From: Tubulanus polymorphus
Lineage: Eukaryota > Animalia > Nemertea
Assembly (NCBI RefSeq): GCF_964204645.1
Contig: NC_134027.1
Location: 3,628,485-3,692,484 of the forward strand
Direction: 5' to 3'
Length of the DNA stretch: 64,000 nt
Shown: in pieces, positions 12,616 through 26,315 of the stretch
Numbering within the stretch: position 1 is the stretch's first letter
How the letters are laid out: each line of letters starts with the position of its first letter
Notes under the pieces: generated by a model
The model's database searches: none
What the model was told of the DNA's origin: nothing
The model's input: only the letters and a program-made list of their open reading frames with translations
Program-made: the position numbers and the translations under genes

Positions 12616-14025
12616 CTTCCTGTCGAAAAGAAATCAACGTAACAGGTTTGCATTATTTGTCGAAGAATCAGGAAACCCCGCGATAAGCGGGTGTAATTTT
12701 CCACACTACTGAAACCGGTAGTTCTCCACGGATGTACTTTTCAGATCAAAACGTTTGATGAACTCCTACTTTTACATTTCATCCATTAGAATCTTTTTTT
12801 TTGTTTAGTTATCTTCGGAAAAATGATTTTCTCGCGAAAGTGTTTATAATTTGTCCAAACTTTAACGATACGCCGGTAACCGTCCTTTTTTCCGTATTAA
12901 GTCCATTACGTAATTATGTAGATACGAGAGACAGAAAGATCTTCGATGCAGTTTTTTATGCAGATACTACGTACGTACGATACTAAAATAAACTCGGTCA
13001 TTAACAAAACCAGAATGAACGATTCGAAGACCGCGAAAATGATAACCTTAACTGTTCTGTCTGCGCTCGGTACAATTACTATGATTATTATTATTGTTAT
13101 TGTTATGGCTGTATACGTTTACCACGCGATGACCTGCTTATCAGTGACATATAAGTTGACTTATCGTGGCACTTTTGACAATAGAAAACGATATAAGTTT
13201 GCGTAAAATGCCGAATTTATTCTACCGCCCGGAAGCCGACAATGGCGACCAATGTGGTCCAAATGTCCTCATAAAATAATCAATGGAATCTTCAATGAAA
13301 AAAGAAAAGTTTTATAGTTTCTTCATTATTTGGCTTAAACTTGAAACACCTTTTTACTTAAGTTTCCATTTTCCCTCGTATGTTTTTTCATTTCTTTTCA
13401 TTGCATTTTAGGATTCAATTCTCAATGTTCTCATACATGTGTTACTACATTGTCGCAGAAAAATCCTCAGAAATCATAGACCACCGCGTTCTGTTTGATG
13501 AAGATATTATATGGGCATTACTGTTAGAAGGCAGTGTTTTGGCACTGTTCCAATGCCGCGGAGAGCGTGAAAAATAGTTCATCGACCGGTGCAAAACAAA
13601 GTATTACTACGCGTCATTTTTCTTTCAAAAGAATCTTTTTCATTTCCTTTTCTTTCCTTTTCTTTCCTTTTCAAAAGAATCTTTTTCCTCATTTACTACT
13701 GCTGATAATCCAACTGCAATATGCAACTATCGATACCTGTGATTAATTAAGAAAACGACCATCGTTGCAAAATAATGATCTGATGCGATGGGAAAGGTAA
13801 GAATATTATTCGCAGCTATTGGATTGCCATTTATCCCTTAAGCTTTGTATGGAGGTCGCAAAGAGATGAAAATAGCAAAAACAATCAATGTCCACAGTCA
13901 TTGCGATTAACATGAATGGAACTTTGGTCCAAATCCCGCCACAATTAGTTCATGTCCTATTGACATTTCGAGAAAGTAAAGATGTCGGCCTTTTTTTACG
14001 TCGTAGGCCAATTTCTGTGTCTCTA

Positions 14026-14350
<325 letters not shown>

Positions 14351-14690
14351 CATAGAAACATAGAAACTTTATTGTCAAAGAAACTTTTATGACGAGTACA
14401 TAATTAACAATATCTAGTACAAAGATGACGGATAACCGTATACGAGGATAATGTGGATATTGGTACGGATAGTAGAAAGAGGTTTAATTATTACAGATAT
14501 GGTTAGTCGAATAACCATGTCTAGATGAGAAATCACAAAATAGCATTTTTGTGCGATTGAATATATCAGAATGCAACCACAACATTCGGCCGTTGACTAA
14601 TAGCCATCATCAGGTGCAATGACCAGAAATAGAAAGGTCATTCCCGTCTTCGTAGTTGAATAGAAAAGAGACGAGATAACCTTCTTCTAT
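14351..14690 (-). mobile_element. Probable retroelement 3' end (Penelope-like or LINE remnant)
   Basis: The - strand ends in AATAAAG(TTTCTATG)2 abutting the TA tract. A degenerate hammerhead-like motif, CTGATGA-T-GGCT..GGCC-GAATGTT, is at about 14613-14581. Confidence 0.35.
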
Positions 14691-15683
14691 TGGTCGTATC
14701 TTATCCAAACATCTTATCCCCTTAGTAAAATATCATATTGACTTGTTTGTTATTTATGTTGACTGACCAGTGCGCACCAGACACAGATATTATCGTTCGC
14801 AGGTAATAGCAGCAATCATATTTGGTAATAAATAAACGACTCGATAAAGTAAAAAGTTAATTAGAGCCGGGAAAAAATACACAAATCAAGTTGACGTCCT
14901 TCCTTTGTTCCTATCAACTAATATAAAATGTCAACGGTTAAATCGTGGCAAAATGCAAGCAATGAAAGAAATGATCGTTATTATTTTCACTGAATTAGTG
15001 ATCTAAGAATTGGAAAAATTTCACAGAAATATTCTGGTAATTGGTATAACTATAGTAATTTTGACGAATTTGTTGCTTTTAGTTTGAAAGTTGACGAGGA
15101 TTTCCCGAAAAACTAGCAAAACGAGTGATAAACGGTTTCTTATGTTCAACAAATATTAAATTACAAAGCAAATATAGGATTATTCTTTGACTAATATGTA
15201 TACGACTCCCACGGCCAGAATAGCTTTGTTGTTTCGAAAATAACTTTGCAACCAAAAAACGTTGATAATAGTTCAGTAATGTCTTTAATCTAAGGCATTT
15301 ACCAAATTTGTAACGCGAAGCATGACGCAGCGTTACTGAATCACGTTACTTACGTAAATATATACTTAATATCTTAATAACCGATGTCGTCATAATTGCG
15401 AGTATGGCCTTTCGAACAGCTCACGAAGGGCACACCTACGGTAATTGGTCAGCATTCACGAATTTATGAGTTAAACGATGCTAATAATTCTAAATCATAG
15501 CAAGAACTTTTTTATTGCGACATTTCTAAAACATTACAAGTATTTGCTCAGATGAAACAACGATCAATCTCATTTACTTTCAAATTGAATAATGGTCCGT
15601 AAGCTATTTACAATGTATAACTTAGATCAACTGTTTTATCTGTGACTAGATGCACATTAGTGGATATGTCCTCATCTTCAAAC

Positions 15684-15713
15684 AACTAACTATAACTAAC
15701 TATAACTAACTAT
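15684..15713. repeat. 10-bp minisatellite (AACTAACTAT)x3
   Basis: Direct reading of the sequence. Confidence 0.85.
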
Positions 15714-18700
15714 ACGACAGGTGTATCATCTGCAACCATACGTAAAACTGACTACAAATACATAATTTTTCCAACAACGATTTTGTAGAAATACGGATAG
15801 TACTAGTTTAACCGATTTAAAACAGTTCCTGAAATCTTAATTAAGTGATTTGATGAAATGAGTCAGTTTAGAATTTGACGTAAAGGTGTTTAAAAAGTTC
15901 AAGGTATCGCGCGTCAATAAAGATACAAATATTTCATCACTTGAGACGAGATTTTTACTGCGTTCGATATGAAATTTAAATCGTCATCTTACCTTGATTT
16001 TTTCAGATGAGCGAATATGTGTAATTCCGTTTATGTACCCGAAATTAAAATCGATGCTGCAATTCAAATCCGCATAGTTCCGGTGGCGATGCCCCACATC
16101 AATGTGTCCTACAAATCAGCACGTCGCGCGGGTTTATATTCACTGATGTGTGACGTCACTGTACAAATTAATCTTATGAAAATAGCGGAAATAATTCAAT
16201 ACACGTATTTTCTGTTCTCAAAGTGTTATCATTATCATTTATATTATTTCGATAATTACAAACTTAGTGCAAATACGTAATCATTATAGAATGTATTGAA
16301 CCAATGGCAAGATGTTGATTGGGTATCCGTGATAATTGAGATTTCCAAAAAGAGGCGTTTATGGATAAAGCATTGAAAGGAAAAAATCTAAAGAATGAGT
16401 AGTTTACTAGCTGGATTTAGAATATTCTCCGAGGTTGGCTGTGCCTTGATAGTTTTCAATATCACTCTATCCTTTAATCACTTGAATGAACGTATCATGT
16501 CCTTGCGAGTGACATCTCGTAGTAAACAGGATCGGCGTAAAATGTCTCCTTGAATGGATTACGTTTTCCAAGGTCTTGTCTAATAGACTAGTCTTCTGTC
16601 GAAAGGATAGCAGGATATTTTACTTTTTCTGACTTGGCCATTCTATTTAGCTCAGCACGCGCTTTCACACTTGACGTCACGTTTGAGGATACGGATTTCG
16701 CAGAGGCACTTAATCTTAGTCATATACATTAAAGTCTTAACCGTCGAGATGTAGTTGAATCAATATAGATATGAAGATTCAAATCGGACCAATCCAGATA
16801 ATAATTTCAAACTGACCATCGAACGAATATACATGTAAATGTAGGCGTAAATGCAATTCCTTTCACTTAAACAGCCGCTCCTAATATTTGTTGAAAAAAC
16901 GTAGTCTAATTTTTTAGATAAACTCAGCGAGAATTAATGATTACGTAATAGTGGCGTTGTAACGTATATTACTATCGTCAGCTGTAAGTGACAGTCCGCG
17001 TAGAATAAATCGCCAACGTCTTTATGGGGGAAACGTGCCGTTCTTTCTTTAAAAAAAACGGTAATTGTTGAGAAAATCACTCTTATTTATCTATCTAAGG
17101 CGTGAACGGAACAACTATACATTCAGGGCGGATTCAATGGGGTTTTAGGGGGTGTCGTGCTCCGTGTTCGAAAAGTTTCTGATTATGATATAAAATTAAA
17201 TCGAATATTTGTTATCTAAACACGTTTATCAATATAGTTATGTCTATAAATGATGACGGTTACATGGATGGTAGTGATGCGTCAATATAACCTTGATGTT
17301 GTTTTTCCACGTGTATTTTGTAGTTGTATCACGCATAGCCTCATGTGCTCTGTATTCACGAAAGCGGAATTGAAAACTATTTCCGAGCAATTCAATTACT
17401 TCGGTTGTACGATATCGATAATGGTGATTTATAATTTTACCCTGAATTAGAGGCTGGTTATATGAACTGGTATTAACTTTAACCCGGGAGTTACTTCAAT
17501 TTACAATGAATAATCCCTGGGTCAAAAGTAAAAGGTGTAATTTCCGCTAAAAAATAACGGTAATTTGAGATTGAAAAATAACTATGATTTTTTTTCTGAT
17601 CTATTTGTATGAAAGTAAATGCGCTAGTTATATTTTTGATCTTCACAACATAAAGAAATAGGAACAAAAATAGATGCAATCTTACTGTCGATGGGAATCT
17701 ATTTCTAGTACATTAATGAGTGAAACCGGTGTTTTTCGGTGAAGATGACTTGTTTGAGTAGTAAAGACTTGAGGGAAAACCATTGCCCTTTTGCAAATAA
17801 CTGTATTTATTTATATACATTCTATTTCTATCTCGACGATACTCTTTGATCCTATCAGATATGATAAATAGAACGATTGTACCGTAGAATCGCACACTTA
17901 AGTCTACTACAGTTAAATCATAGATGAAAAATCAAATTTAACATTTTAAGGCTCATCAAATTACAGTTGTATTAATAGGCAATTATGATTCTGTAAAGTA
18001 AAGTATGATTCTGAATCCACTAGGGTGCGCATTAGTCAAACAGGTCGTGATACAAGATTCCTTGCGGAGAATGTTTCGCTTCCTGGCTCTCCGATCATTC
18101 TTCAGCTATGAACCCGGTTCCACGGTTCTTTTTAGAGTTGTAATTAGTTCATTTCCATTTGCTTCACCCTAAAAGCTAATAAATTAAGAATTACAGACTT
18201 GAGCGCTGATCAAAACGTCTATTTGATTCATATTCAATAAACAAGTACACACCGAATATACAAATCAAAGTTATAAAAACGAGATGAAAGTCATACAGTA
18301 TTCGACAACAGACATGTTCATTGTTTCACCATTTGGTACACTATTCATATATTTATACAGAACCACACATAGTATTATAATTCTTACATGATATACAAAT
18401 TGTGCCACGTAACCATCTTTGTATTGGAGTCTCCGTGAGTACGATGTCATAATAATCATTTAAGACTACAGTTCTATTTTCTACTTTCTAAATCTATTCA
18501 TATTTTCTGACATTTTGCATAAGAAACGAATGTAACTGGCGTGCTTGCTCTCGTCCTTATTGACATACATTTACGTAGTCGTTTCTTTTAACTCGTTTCT
18601 CACAATGAATTACTTGCACAAGCGCCGACTAAACCTGATCCTAAACACACTAATACACCTTCAAAAAGCGTTGTGAAATCACATGTTGCATTTCTTGACC

Positions 18701-18896
18701 ACAATCAAACGTTTTATCAAGTTTCTGAAATTACTAGCATGGAGAATATTGTACACTATGGCTGCCAATCAAACAATCGAATTTCCAATTCTTTACATTC
18801 CGAACCACGAGCGTGTAATTTATGTACACGAGTATGAAAGTTTGATGTTAAGGATAATAATAATATTGATAATTATTATTATTAGGGAGTTATTTT

Positions 18897-21800
18897 CTAT
18901 TTAGCCGCTTTAGTTATGATTTCAAGGAACTCCTCGTAGTCGATGCGTCCGTCGTTATCGAGGTCGTGCTTCTCGATGAAACTACGAATGTTCGTCTGAC
19001 TGGCGTCCGAGATACCGATACTTTTAAAAACCTCGCAAAGCTCAACCTCGTCGATAAATCCGTTCTTGTCTTTGTCAAATTCGTTGAAGACGCGTCGCCA
19101 ACAGTCCGACATTGTGATCCTGAAAATTACATGTAATATTTTAAAGATGTTGTTATCGTTTTATGTTACCATGGATGCATCATCCTCGTCCCCGGAGGGG
19201 GGATTCGAACCAAATGGCATCCCGATTGGCTAGACTCAGTCACGGTACAAAACCTTGCCACACACTAGGCTGGGTGCGCAGGTACATGCGCAGGTTTCTT
19301 GCGGAAGCTGCGCACTCGTACTCGGGCTAGTGTGGCGAGTCTCGATGCCATCAGGTTTTGAATCCTTACCGGGGAAGGTGTGGATGTAAACTATAGTTTA
19401 TACGTCTACAGTGAAAGGCAACTATCCAGGACCCAAATCATAGCTATTTACATGCAATTCTACATGCAATAGGGGTATCCTCGCAAGGGATGCTTATTGT
19501 TTCAAGGTCAGTCAAGACTAACAAGAACACGCGATATTGCAGGATGTTCTAATGGGTGACTCGATTGTTTACTATTCCCGCGTGTATACGCAATATATCG
19601 TCCAGTGAGTAAACACTTATTAGAGTAGAAATGAGCATTGACGACGTTGTATACTGATAATCTCTGTGCCCGAATATACTCAATATCGAAATCACAGATT
19701 TATTCCATATTACATTACCATATGTAATTTAATCCGTAAATAAAGAATAATAATAAATGATAATTCCACTTATGATGCATTATGAGCGTTTTTAGTTGAA
19801 ATGAGAAACTCCGCGAAACCTCGAAAATAAGCTCAAATCGCTGGAATTGCTCCATTACAAAAATGAACTTCTCGCTTACAATGCTCGTTCGTAAGACCAT
19901 CCATTAGGGGGAAACGCAATAACCGAAACCTAATCAACACGCGATGAATGTAATATATGTACGACTAATTTATTTAGTATCACCACGTATAGAGTGAAAT
20001 GTTTTCTCGGGGGAGTTTTGCCAGCCTGAAATATCTGTAATGTGTCTGATGTTTATTCGGGATCAAATACTTGATGGATATTATTCAAAACCGAAGTGAG
20101 GAGACCTTCAATGACGTCCGACTGTCCGCACTTACCCTACAGTAGCTTTTAGAAACTCCTCTCTCGATACGTTTCCATCTTCATCCAGATCACAATATTC
20201 GAAATATTTCTGAAATGCATAAAGCTATTCAATAGAAACATGCGAAGACGAATATGTTTTCTTTCTGCTCGGGAATAATCAGGACCCAGTTCCACAGTTC
20301 TGAGTTCACATTTGAAGAGTTAAATCACTAAAAATGAACTCATTTTAGCTCAGAGTTAACTGAAAACTCACAACTGTGGAACTGGATCCAGAACTATTCT
20401 ATCCCTTAATTCTCGATAAATCAGCACTGCTCGTCGATTCATAACGGTATTGTATAGTTTAGTGTTTATGTAAATTAAATCAATTTTGAGCAACTTTTCG
20501 GTAAACTGATTTTGTTGACGGAATATCGACGGAGAGCGGAATATAATAACTATTGATGTGAATAATCGATGAATTTAGGCAATCTTCTGCGAGGAAACTT
20601 TTCTTCGCTTTTGAAAATTGATGATCATTCAAAACATACGCTTTGTGAAGTAATTGGAGAAAGGGGAAGGCGGTAGAATATACATAATAAAACATAGTGT
20701 TAGGCTGGAAGTATCTCGACGCTCTCATTCGTGCAATATCTTGTTAACCGGATTTTCTTTCTTGTAAACCGGTATAGTCTTACCAGGCCCAGGTGTAGAA
20801 TCCGTTTTTCAGGCTGAACCACATTTCTATATTCGTCCCCGCTACAGAGCATTGTCCGCTGGTCTCTATGAGGACGACAGACTGATTGGGCGACTGGATG
20901 ATCTGATGATTGGGACTATTCCACCGGATTCTATCTACACTTGGGCCATCTTACCATACCGTACATAAAATAATTTATATTTATAGGTACATGACATCTT
21001 AATCGTCGATCCAGAGGGCTCTATATCGATGCAGGAACGAGTTGTATCAGATTCAGTAGAGCGTATATCGGTCTAGGAATTGATCCCAGATTATTCGGGC
21101 TTATTGTTCTTCAAGGGTATTTGAAGTTATTAATCCTCGATCGGGAGCCAGTTAGGAATCTCTTAGTAACAAGGATACATCAGAACTGCCCACGCGTCTT
21201 AGGATTCCGTTCTGCTTCATTGAGGCGCGTGGCTTGTTAATTAAATTCCTGTTCAGAGTTAAAGTCAGAATCGCTGAAACGAATACGCTCTCCTATCTTC
21301 GGACAGATCTTGAAAATCAACTAGTATATGTATATTGGAAGGTCGCTGACCTTGATGGTAAATCATTCATGCCCCCAATACCACTGTAGTAATATGCGCA
21401 ACGCTTTTTTTTAAAGAAATTACTACAATATAAATCTATTTGATATTTTCTACGGTCACCAAGTGCGAAAAATTCCAACCGAATGCGATAGAAAGAAATT
21501 CCAAGTAAAAAACAAATATCGCCTATGTGACAAAATTACTATCACAGTATTATTATTAATTACTTTTTTATTTACATTCCTATGGAATGTAATACGTCGT
21601 ATCATCAGAGATAACGATAATGATTCATAAGCAGCGATTCGACTATAGAAAATACTGCTTTGTTGGCATAAAGCGGTCGTTAAAATAGTTCATAGCTGTT
21701 TCATATCAAAGTAAATATTGATCATGGGATTGATTTTTGTTGGAAAGGAAAGTGGAGCACAAGTCATCGAAAAATTAAAGAAATATTTACATAAAAAGTT

Positions 21801-24771
21801 TCGTGTGTTTTTTTTCAAACAAAATTGCAGAAAAGAATACCGCAATTCAGTATAAAATCGATCAGGGATAATTAATGACAGGTGATATTTCGTGCTTGTC
21901 CTCGTGGAATTCACCTTCAAAATAAAAACGTAAATTTTACACCCACAAACGAATTAATTGACTATTAGTCATTTTCTCAGCACATGAAAATGTTCAGTCG
22001 TGATGTCTTGAAGATGGAAAATTAACGATAATGATGCTAATTCAGCGATTGTCATCAATTCGTGGATCATATAAAGAGCTACACAATTTGAAATGAGCAC
22101 GAGGCAGGTCATAATATGAAATTGAGTACCTGAACATTTCAATATTGATATGTGTAGCATATGTTGGTAAATGCTGTTTTTTTTCAAAGGTCATTTTGTG
22201 TATCTATGTGGGCTATAGTGCGTACCCTTCTTAGTACTGTGTCAAATTAAACGTATTTGATAAACGATATGATCTATATAATCTACCACCTTGCTTCAGA
22301 TGACAGTTTTATAGCAAACAGCTGTTTCACGTACGACGTTGAATAAACAATGTTTTACCAGGCATTTCATGCGACGTATCAGCCGTTTAATGGTTTTTAT
22401 TAAATTTACCCGTGGGTTCGTTCGGCGTATTAATGGGCCAACAAATGCTGAAAATATTGACAAAAATCTTGTAAAACGCCGAGCTCGGCAAATAAAATTG
22501 CGCATAACATTTTATGATATCCTATTCGTTCACATAATGTGCTAAAATCTGCGATTAAGCACCTGTCAACGACAAAACGTATGTTACTGTAATATTTTGG
22601 GGGTATTTTTTCACTTTGCGTAATTCGCGTAATTCGCGTAATTCACGTTATGGTGACGGACACACGCGACTAATACTGTGTAAATGTCAAGAGTTAATAT
22701 GAAAAGCGGACACGTCTATAATATCGTACTAATTATTTCTTCGGAGATTCAATTATAGACATCTTTTGTATCCATCGTGTTTCAAGTATACATCATGTAA
22801 GCATACGTATGTATACACCAGGTACTATTGTTTCGTAACTTGGTGCAGAATACCTCGATAATCGTTAATGACTGGACTCCGTGTATAACAGGATGGTCGA
22901 ATAGTCTCTCACACATCGCCATATTCTCATATCTTGAATGTTTCTAACTCGGAAGTACCTTTATTTTTTTGCAGTTAATTCACTCATTTATTTTCATTGA
23001 AACGTCATCACCATTCATTCAATCTATCCTTCGTAGACAATCGTGAATTTTTCCAATAATTTTCGTCATTACCGATGATGATCGGTCGTTAGATTCAAAC
23101 AAACTTGTGTTTGCTGTCAATACACGGTGGAAATAACGAACATGAATGTTTCACTCTGACATCAGCTTCATTGTTTAGATATTGCCGTATTTTGTTCTAA
23201 TCATGATTTTCATGTTTTCGCCTCGTTTTTCCTCCTGAACCTGATATCATTCAATTGGAATTTTAGGCTTTCAAATGAAATATTCAAATTCTTGCATTCT
23301 ATCTTAGGAAGAGATTTTTATATTCTATTCGGAAACCAATGCTTCATTTTCTGTTTGATATCTGAAGTCATGTTCTAGCGAACCAATTTGAAAACCTAGA
23401 TATCTTAATATTCCAACCTATGCTCAGTAGGACCGGTGTAAGTGTAAATTGTCGTAGTAAATATTTGTGTAACGGCGGCTGCACGCACAGTAGAGACGTG
23501 ATCACGCGAAACGTCGTCTCATTTCCGAGTGAAACCCAACTGATCATCCCAAACGGTTCCTTCCTGTGTAATGATGCGACCGTTTATCGCACAACAGGAA
23601 ACTTAGGAAGCTTCGCAAGAAAAGCTTCATATATGGCGCACTTTCAGACACATCAGTTACGAAATACATTTGCCTTGGGTGATGCATCCAAATTTTGTAG
23701 CTACCTCTGAAGCACGAATGCGAATAAAACAGCTGTTTGATATGCATTTTCAATACTGAGATTTTCTACGAAAAAAAAACTCCCACGCCGCAAAATTGTA
23801 TTCCGATGATTGCGCAGGTCATAAAAAGCGTTTCGCAATTAAAACGATATCTAAAATATGACATTCTTATCGACTGGAAACCAAAAATAACCGAAACAAA
23901 CACAATAAACCATTTCATATCGGATATAAAATGAAGTATAGCAATAATCTAGATAATACTATGTACACTGATACTATTCGGAAGTCAACTTTTACCGTGA
24001 ATAATATGACTTTCTCTATTTAGATGAATACTGTGGGAAAACGCTAAAAACCTGTATATTCAGTAAATCTAATATTTCCGCCGAAAGCAACCGACATTCA
24101 TCACTGAACTTGCTATCGAATATACAAAATCAAGTAATGTTTCGACTGCCACCAGGGAACCCCGCGGGCCATTATCAACATTATCAACGCTCATTGACGA
24201 TGTAATCTAATCATCTTCGCTTCCAAAATACCAATCAAACGATTTTTAGTTTTTATGACCTTTCTCGATATTATGTACGAAATACACATCGTATCGGGGA
24301 AATATCAAGATTCTTATACGGCCCAGTATCTTTCCGTTTTCTCCGTTCATTCTTTATGTCTAGGCCTATTGATAAAAGACAACATCGTTGAGATACCTCA
24401 GCGGAAATGAAGATCTATTCATTATAGGCATTCGTGACACCAGGTTGTCTCGGGTAACCTCATGATGTAATTATCTGATGTGTGATATGTCTGAGATTAT
24501 ATCTCACTTATTAGTTACTATGTCTTCCAATCAAGAATTAATACTACTAATATTAGTGTTTACCATTCTCTTTTCTACTTACCTTCACTAACTTTGGGTC
24601 AGCCCGCCCATGATCCCTGAGCATTTTTTCCATTTCCTCTTTGTTCAGGGTATCGGATAAGTCCTCGTCGTATTTTGCAAAAACCTCCAACGCGTTTTTA
24701 CATTCGAGTAACGTCGCCTCATCAACAGGTATTTCTAGTTTACTGAGGTACTCTTCAGCTGAATGCGCCAT
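18897..24771 (-). CDS. Calmodulin-like protein with four EF-hands, 3 exons, 161 aa
   Basis: Exon 1 is 24771-24583 (GTAAGT, phase 0). Exon 2 is 20209-20136 (KYFEYCDLDEDGNVSREEFLKATVG, not in ORF track, phase 2). Exon 3 is 19119-18897. EF loops: DEDLSDTLNKEE, DLDEDGNVSREE, DKDKNGFIDEVE, DLDNDGRIDYEE. Too divergent to be calmodulin itself. Confidence 0.92.
19181..19386. mobile_element. Foldback/MITE-like element with tRNA B-box-like arms, in intron 2 of the EF-hand gene
   Basis: Imperfect outer arms at 19181-19221 and 19344-19386 (GGATTCGAACC..TGGCATC / GATGCCA..GGTTTTGAATCC). Nested inner arms: GCCACAC..TAG / CTAGTGTGGC and GTGCGCAG / CTGCGCAC. Confidence 0.65.
20283..20388. mobile_element. 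MITE (PIF/Harbinger-related), 106 bp, CAG TSD
   Basis: 24-bp TIRs GACCCAGTTCCACAGTTCTGAGTT / AACTCACAACTGTGGAACTGGATC (2 mismatches), flanked by CAG at 20280-20282 and 20389-20391. Confidence 0.8.
22619..22648. repeat. 9-bp tandem repeat (CGTAATTCG)x~3
   Basis: Direct reading of the sequence. Confidence 0.8.
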
Positions 24772-25934
24772 GGTTGGTGATAGTCAGTGAGTCAGTAGAG
24801 CGTCGTTCCCTGTGTGTGTCGCTGCGACAAGAGTGTCCGCAATATGAACGAAGCGATGCCAGCTCAATCGGCCTGGGATACCTCTAGACAAGCGCTCCAA
24901 CCAGCTGTCACACGTTCAAACGATATGTCACTGCAAGTACTTGCAATTCAATAGCTAAGATCAAGACTGTTCGTAACGGGCGCCAGTTCGCAGAAAGCTA
25001 CGTATTCGTAATATCCATTTTTTGCACGAATAATCTATCTAATACACGTCAAGAGATAGATAAGTTATATTGAGCGATCACATTTATCTTCATGATATTG
25101 ACCTCAGAGTAATATAACGCAAATCAGGGCGTATTACAGTTGTTTTTACGCGGGTATTATACAGTTGATTTTCTATGATAGACGGTTTTCGGAATTTTGG
25201 GAAAATCTGGTTAATTCTTAATCTATTTCGCGTTGTTAATAAAGTTAACAACACCCGACACTTAAGTAATCACTACGAAGCATTTCTAAGGAAAATGGAT
25301 ATAGGGTAGGATATCGATTTGTTCGTGGTGATATCTAATCACTACAACGACTGAAAGCTCAATTTTCACTGGTTTGAAGGCATTAGGGACTAACTGAATT
25401 ACAGATCTAACCAAATCCGATATGGACAATAAATACCACCGATAGCAGACGGGTCACGTGTGCTTGTGTTGACAGGCTTTAATTTGATTTAAAGGATGTG
25501 ATTTCATCCTCTTAACCTTGGTCTTGTATTCTGTGCTGGAGGGGTTGTCATATTATTAGTAGTTTACGATTTTGAATTTCATGTACGGAAAACAATAAAG
25601 AATTTTCAGTGAATTGATTTGTTGACCGATCAATTTGTATTCAATTTTCCTGGTAGGCCGTTAAAAGGGTTCGCGTTGAAATAATAGTTCGAATACTGAT
25701 TGAATAATTAGATAACAGTGTTTATCGATTATTAACGTATATAGGAACTGAATATGACGTTATATTGGTCAAGATATGTCAAACATACTGAATGACACAT
25801 ACTTCAATCAAGAATGACACGTTTTGAGTCACAGTTCAAAGATCTTGCTTTTGGATGAAAACATTCTATCTTTGTAATCCCACGAAGAGGATATTCTAAC
25901 AAGGATTTATTATACGTATTCATTTTCATCAAAC

Positions 25935-26315
25935 ATGGAAGATTGGAGTTGTACCGACGAGGAGCAGTTTGGTAAAGAAGCCCGGCTGAACAAAATAGCA
26001 GATGAGTCGATACTAGGCTTGGTTTCAGGGCCTTGCGGGCAGACTCATTCGCTACGCTGCGCGCAGAAATCGAATCGTCTAGAACAGAAACGACTGCAAA
26101 ACAAGCTGGATTCGCTGGAATACGAATACGTAGAGAAAATCGGAAAGATGAGGATCGAAGAGAAAGAAATGAAACTGGAATTGTATCGCATGAAACTGAA
26201 TATTGTCCATTCAAAACGACAAACACGTCATAAACAGAACGACCGCACGACGCATAAAACTACGTCAAAAGTCGAAACTTTACCCCCTGTTTACGGCGCG
26301 CGTTATTCCATATGA
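25935..26315 (+). CDS. Small coiled-coil protein, CCDC190-like (126 aa, single exon)
   Basis: The ATG is in AAAC context. The heptad-rich segment SNRLEQKRLQNKLDSLEYEYVEKIGKMRIEEKEMKLELYRMK resembles the CCDC190 N-terminal pattern N..E.RL..+L..L..........E++++..EL.R (from recall, not searched). C-terminal LPP motif. Confidence 0.65.
   Translation: MEDWSCTDEEQFGKEARLNKIADESILGLVSGPCGQTHSLRCAQKSNRLEQKRLQNKLDSLEYEYVEKIGKMRIEEKEMKLELYRMKLNIVHSKRQTRHKQNDRTTHKTTSKVETLPPVYGARYSI

Noticed and set aside
19195-19215. tRNA gene
   Set aside because: Only a T-arm/B-box motif is present. No full cloverleaf can be folded.
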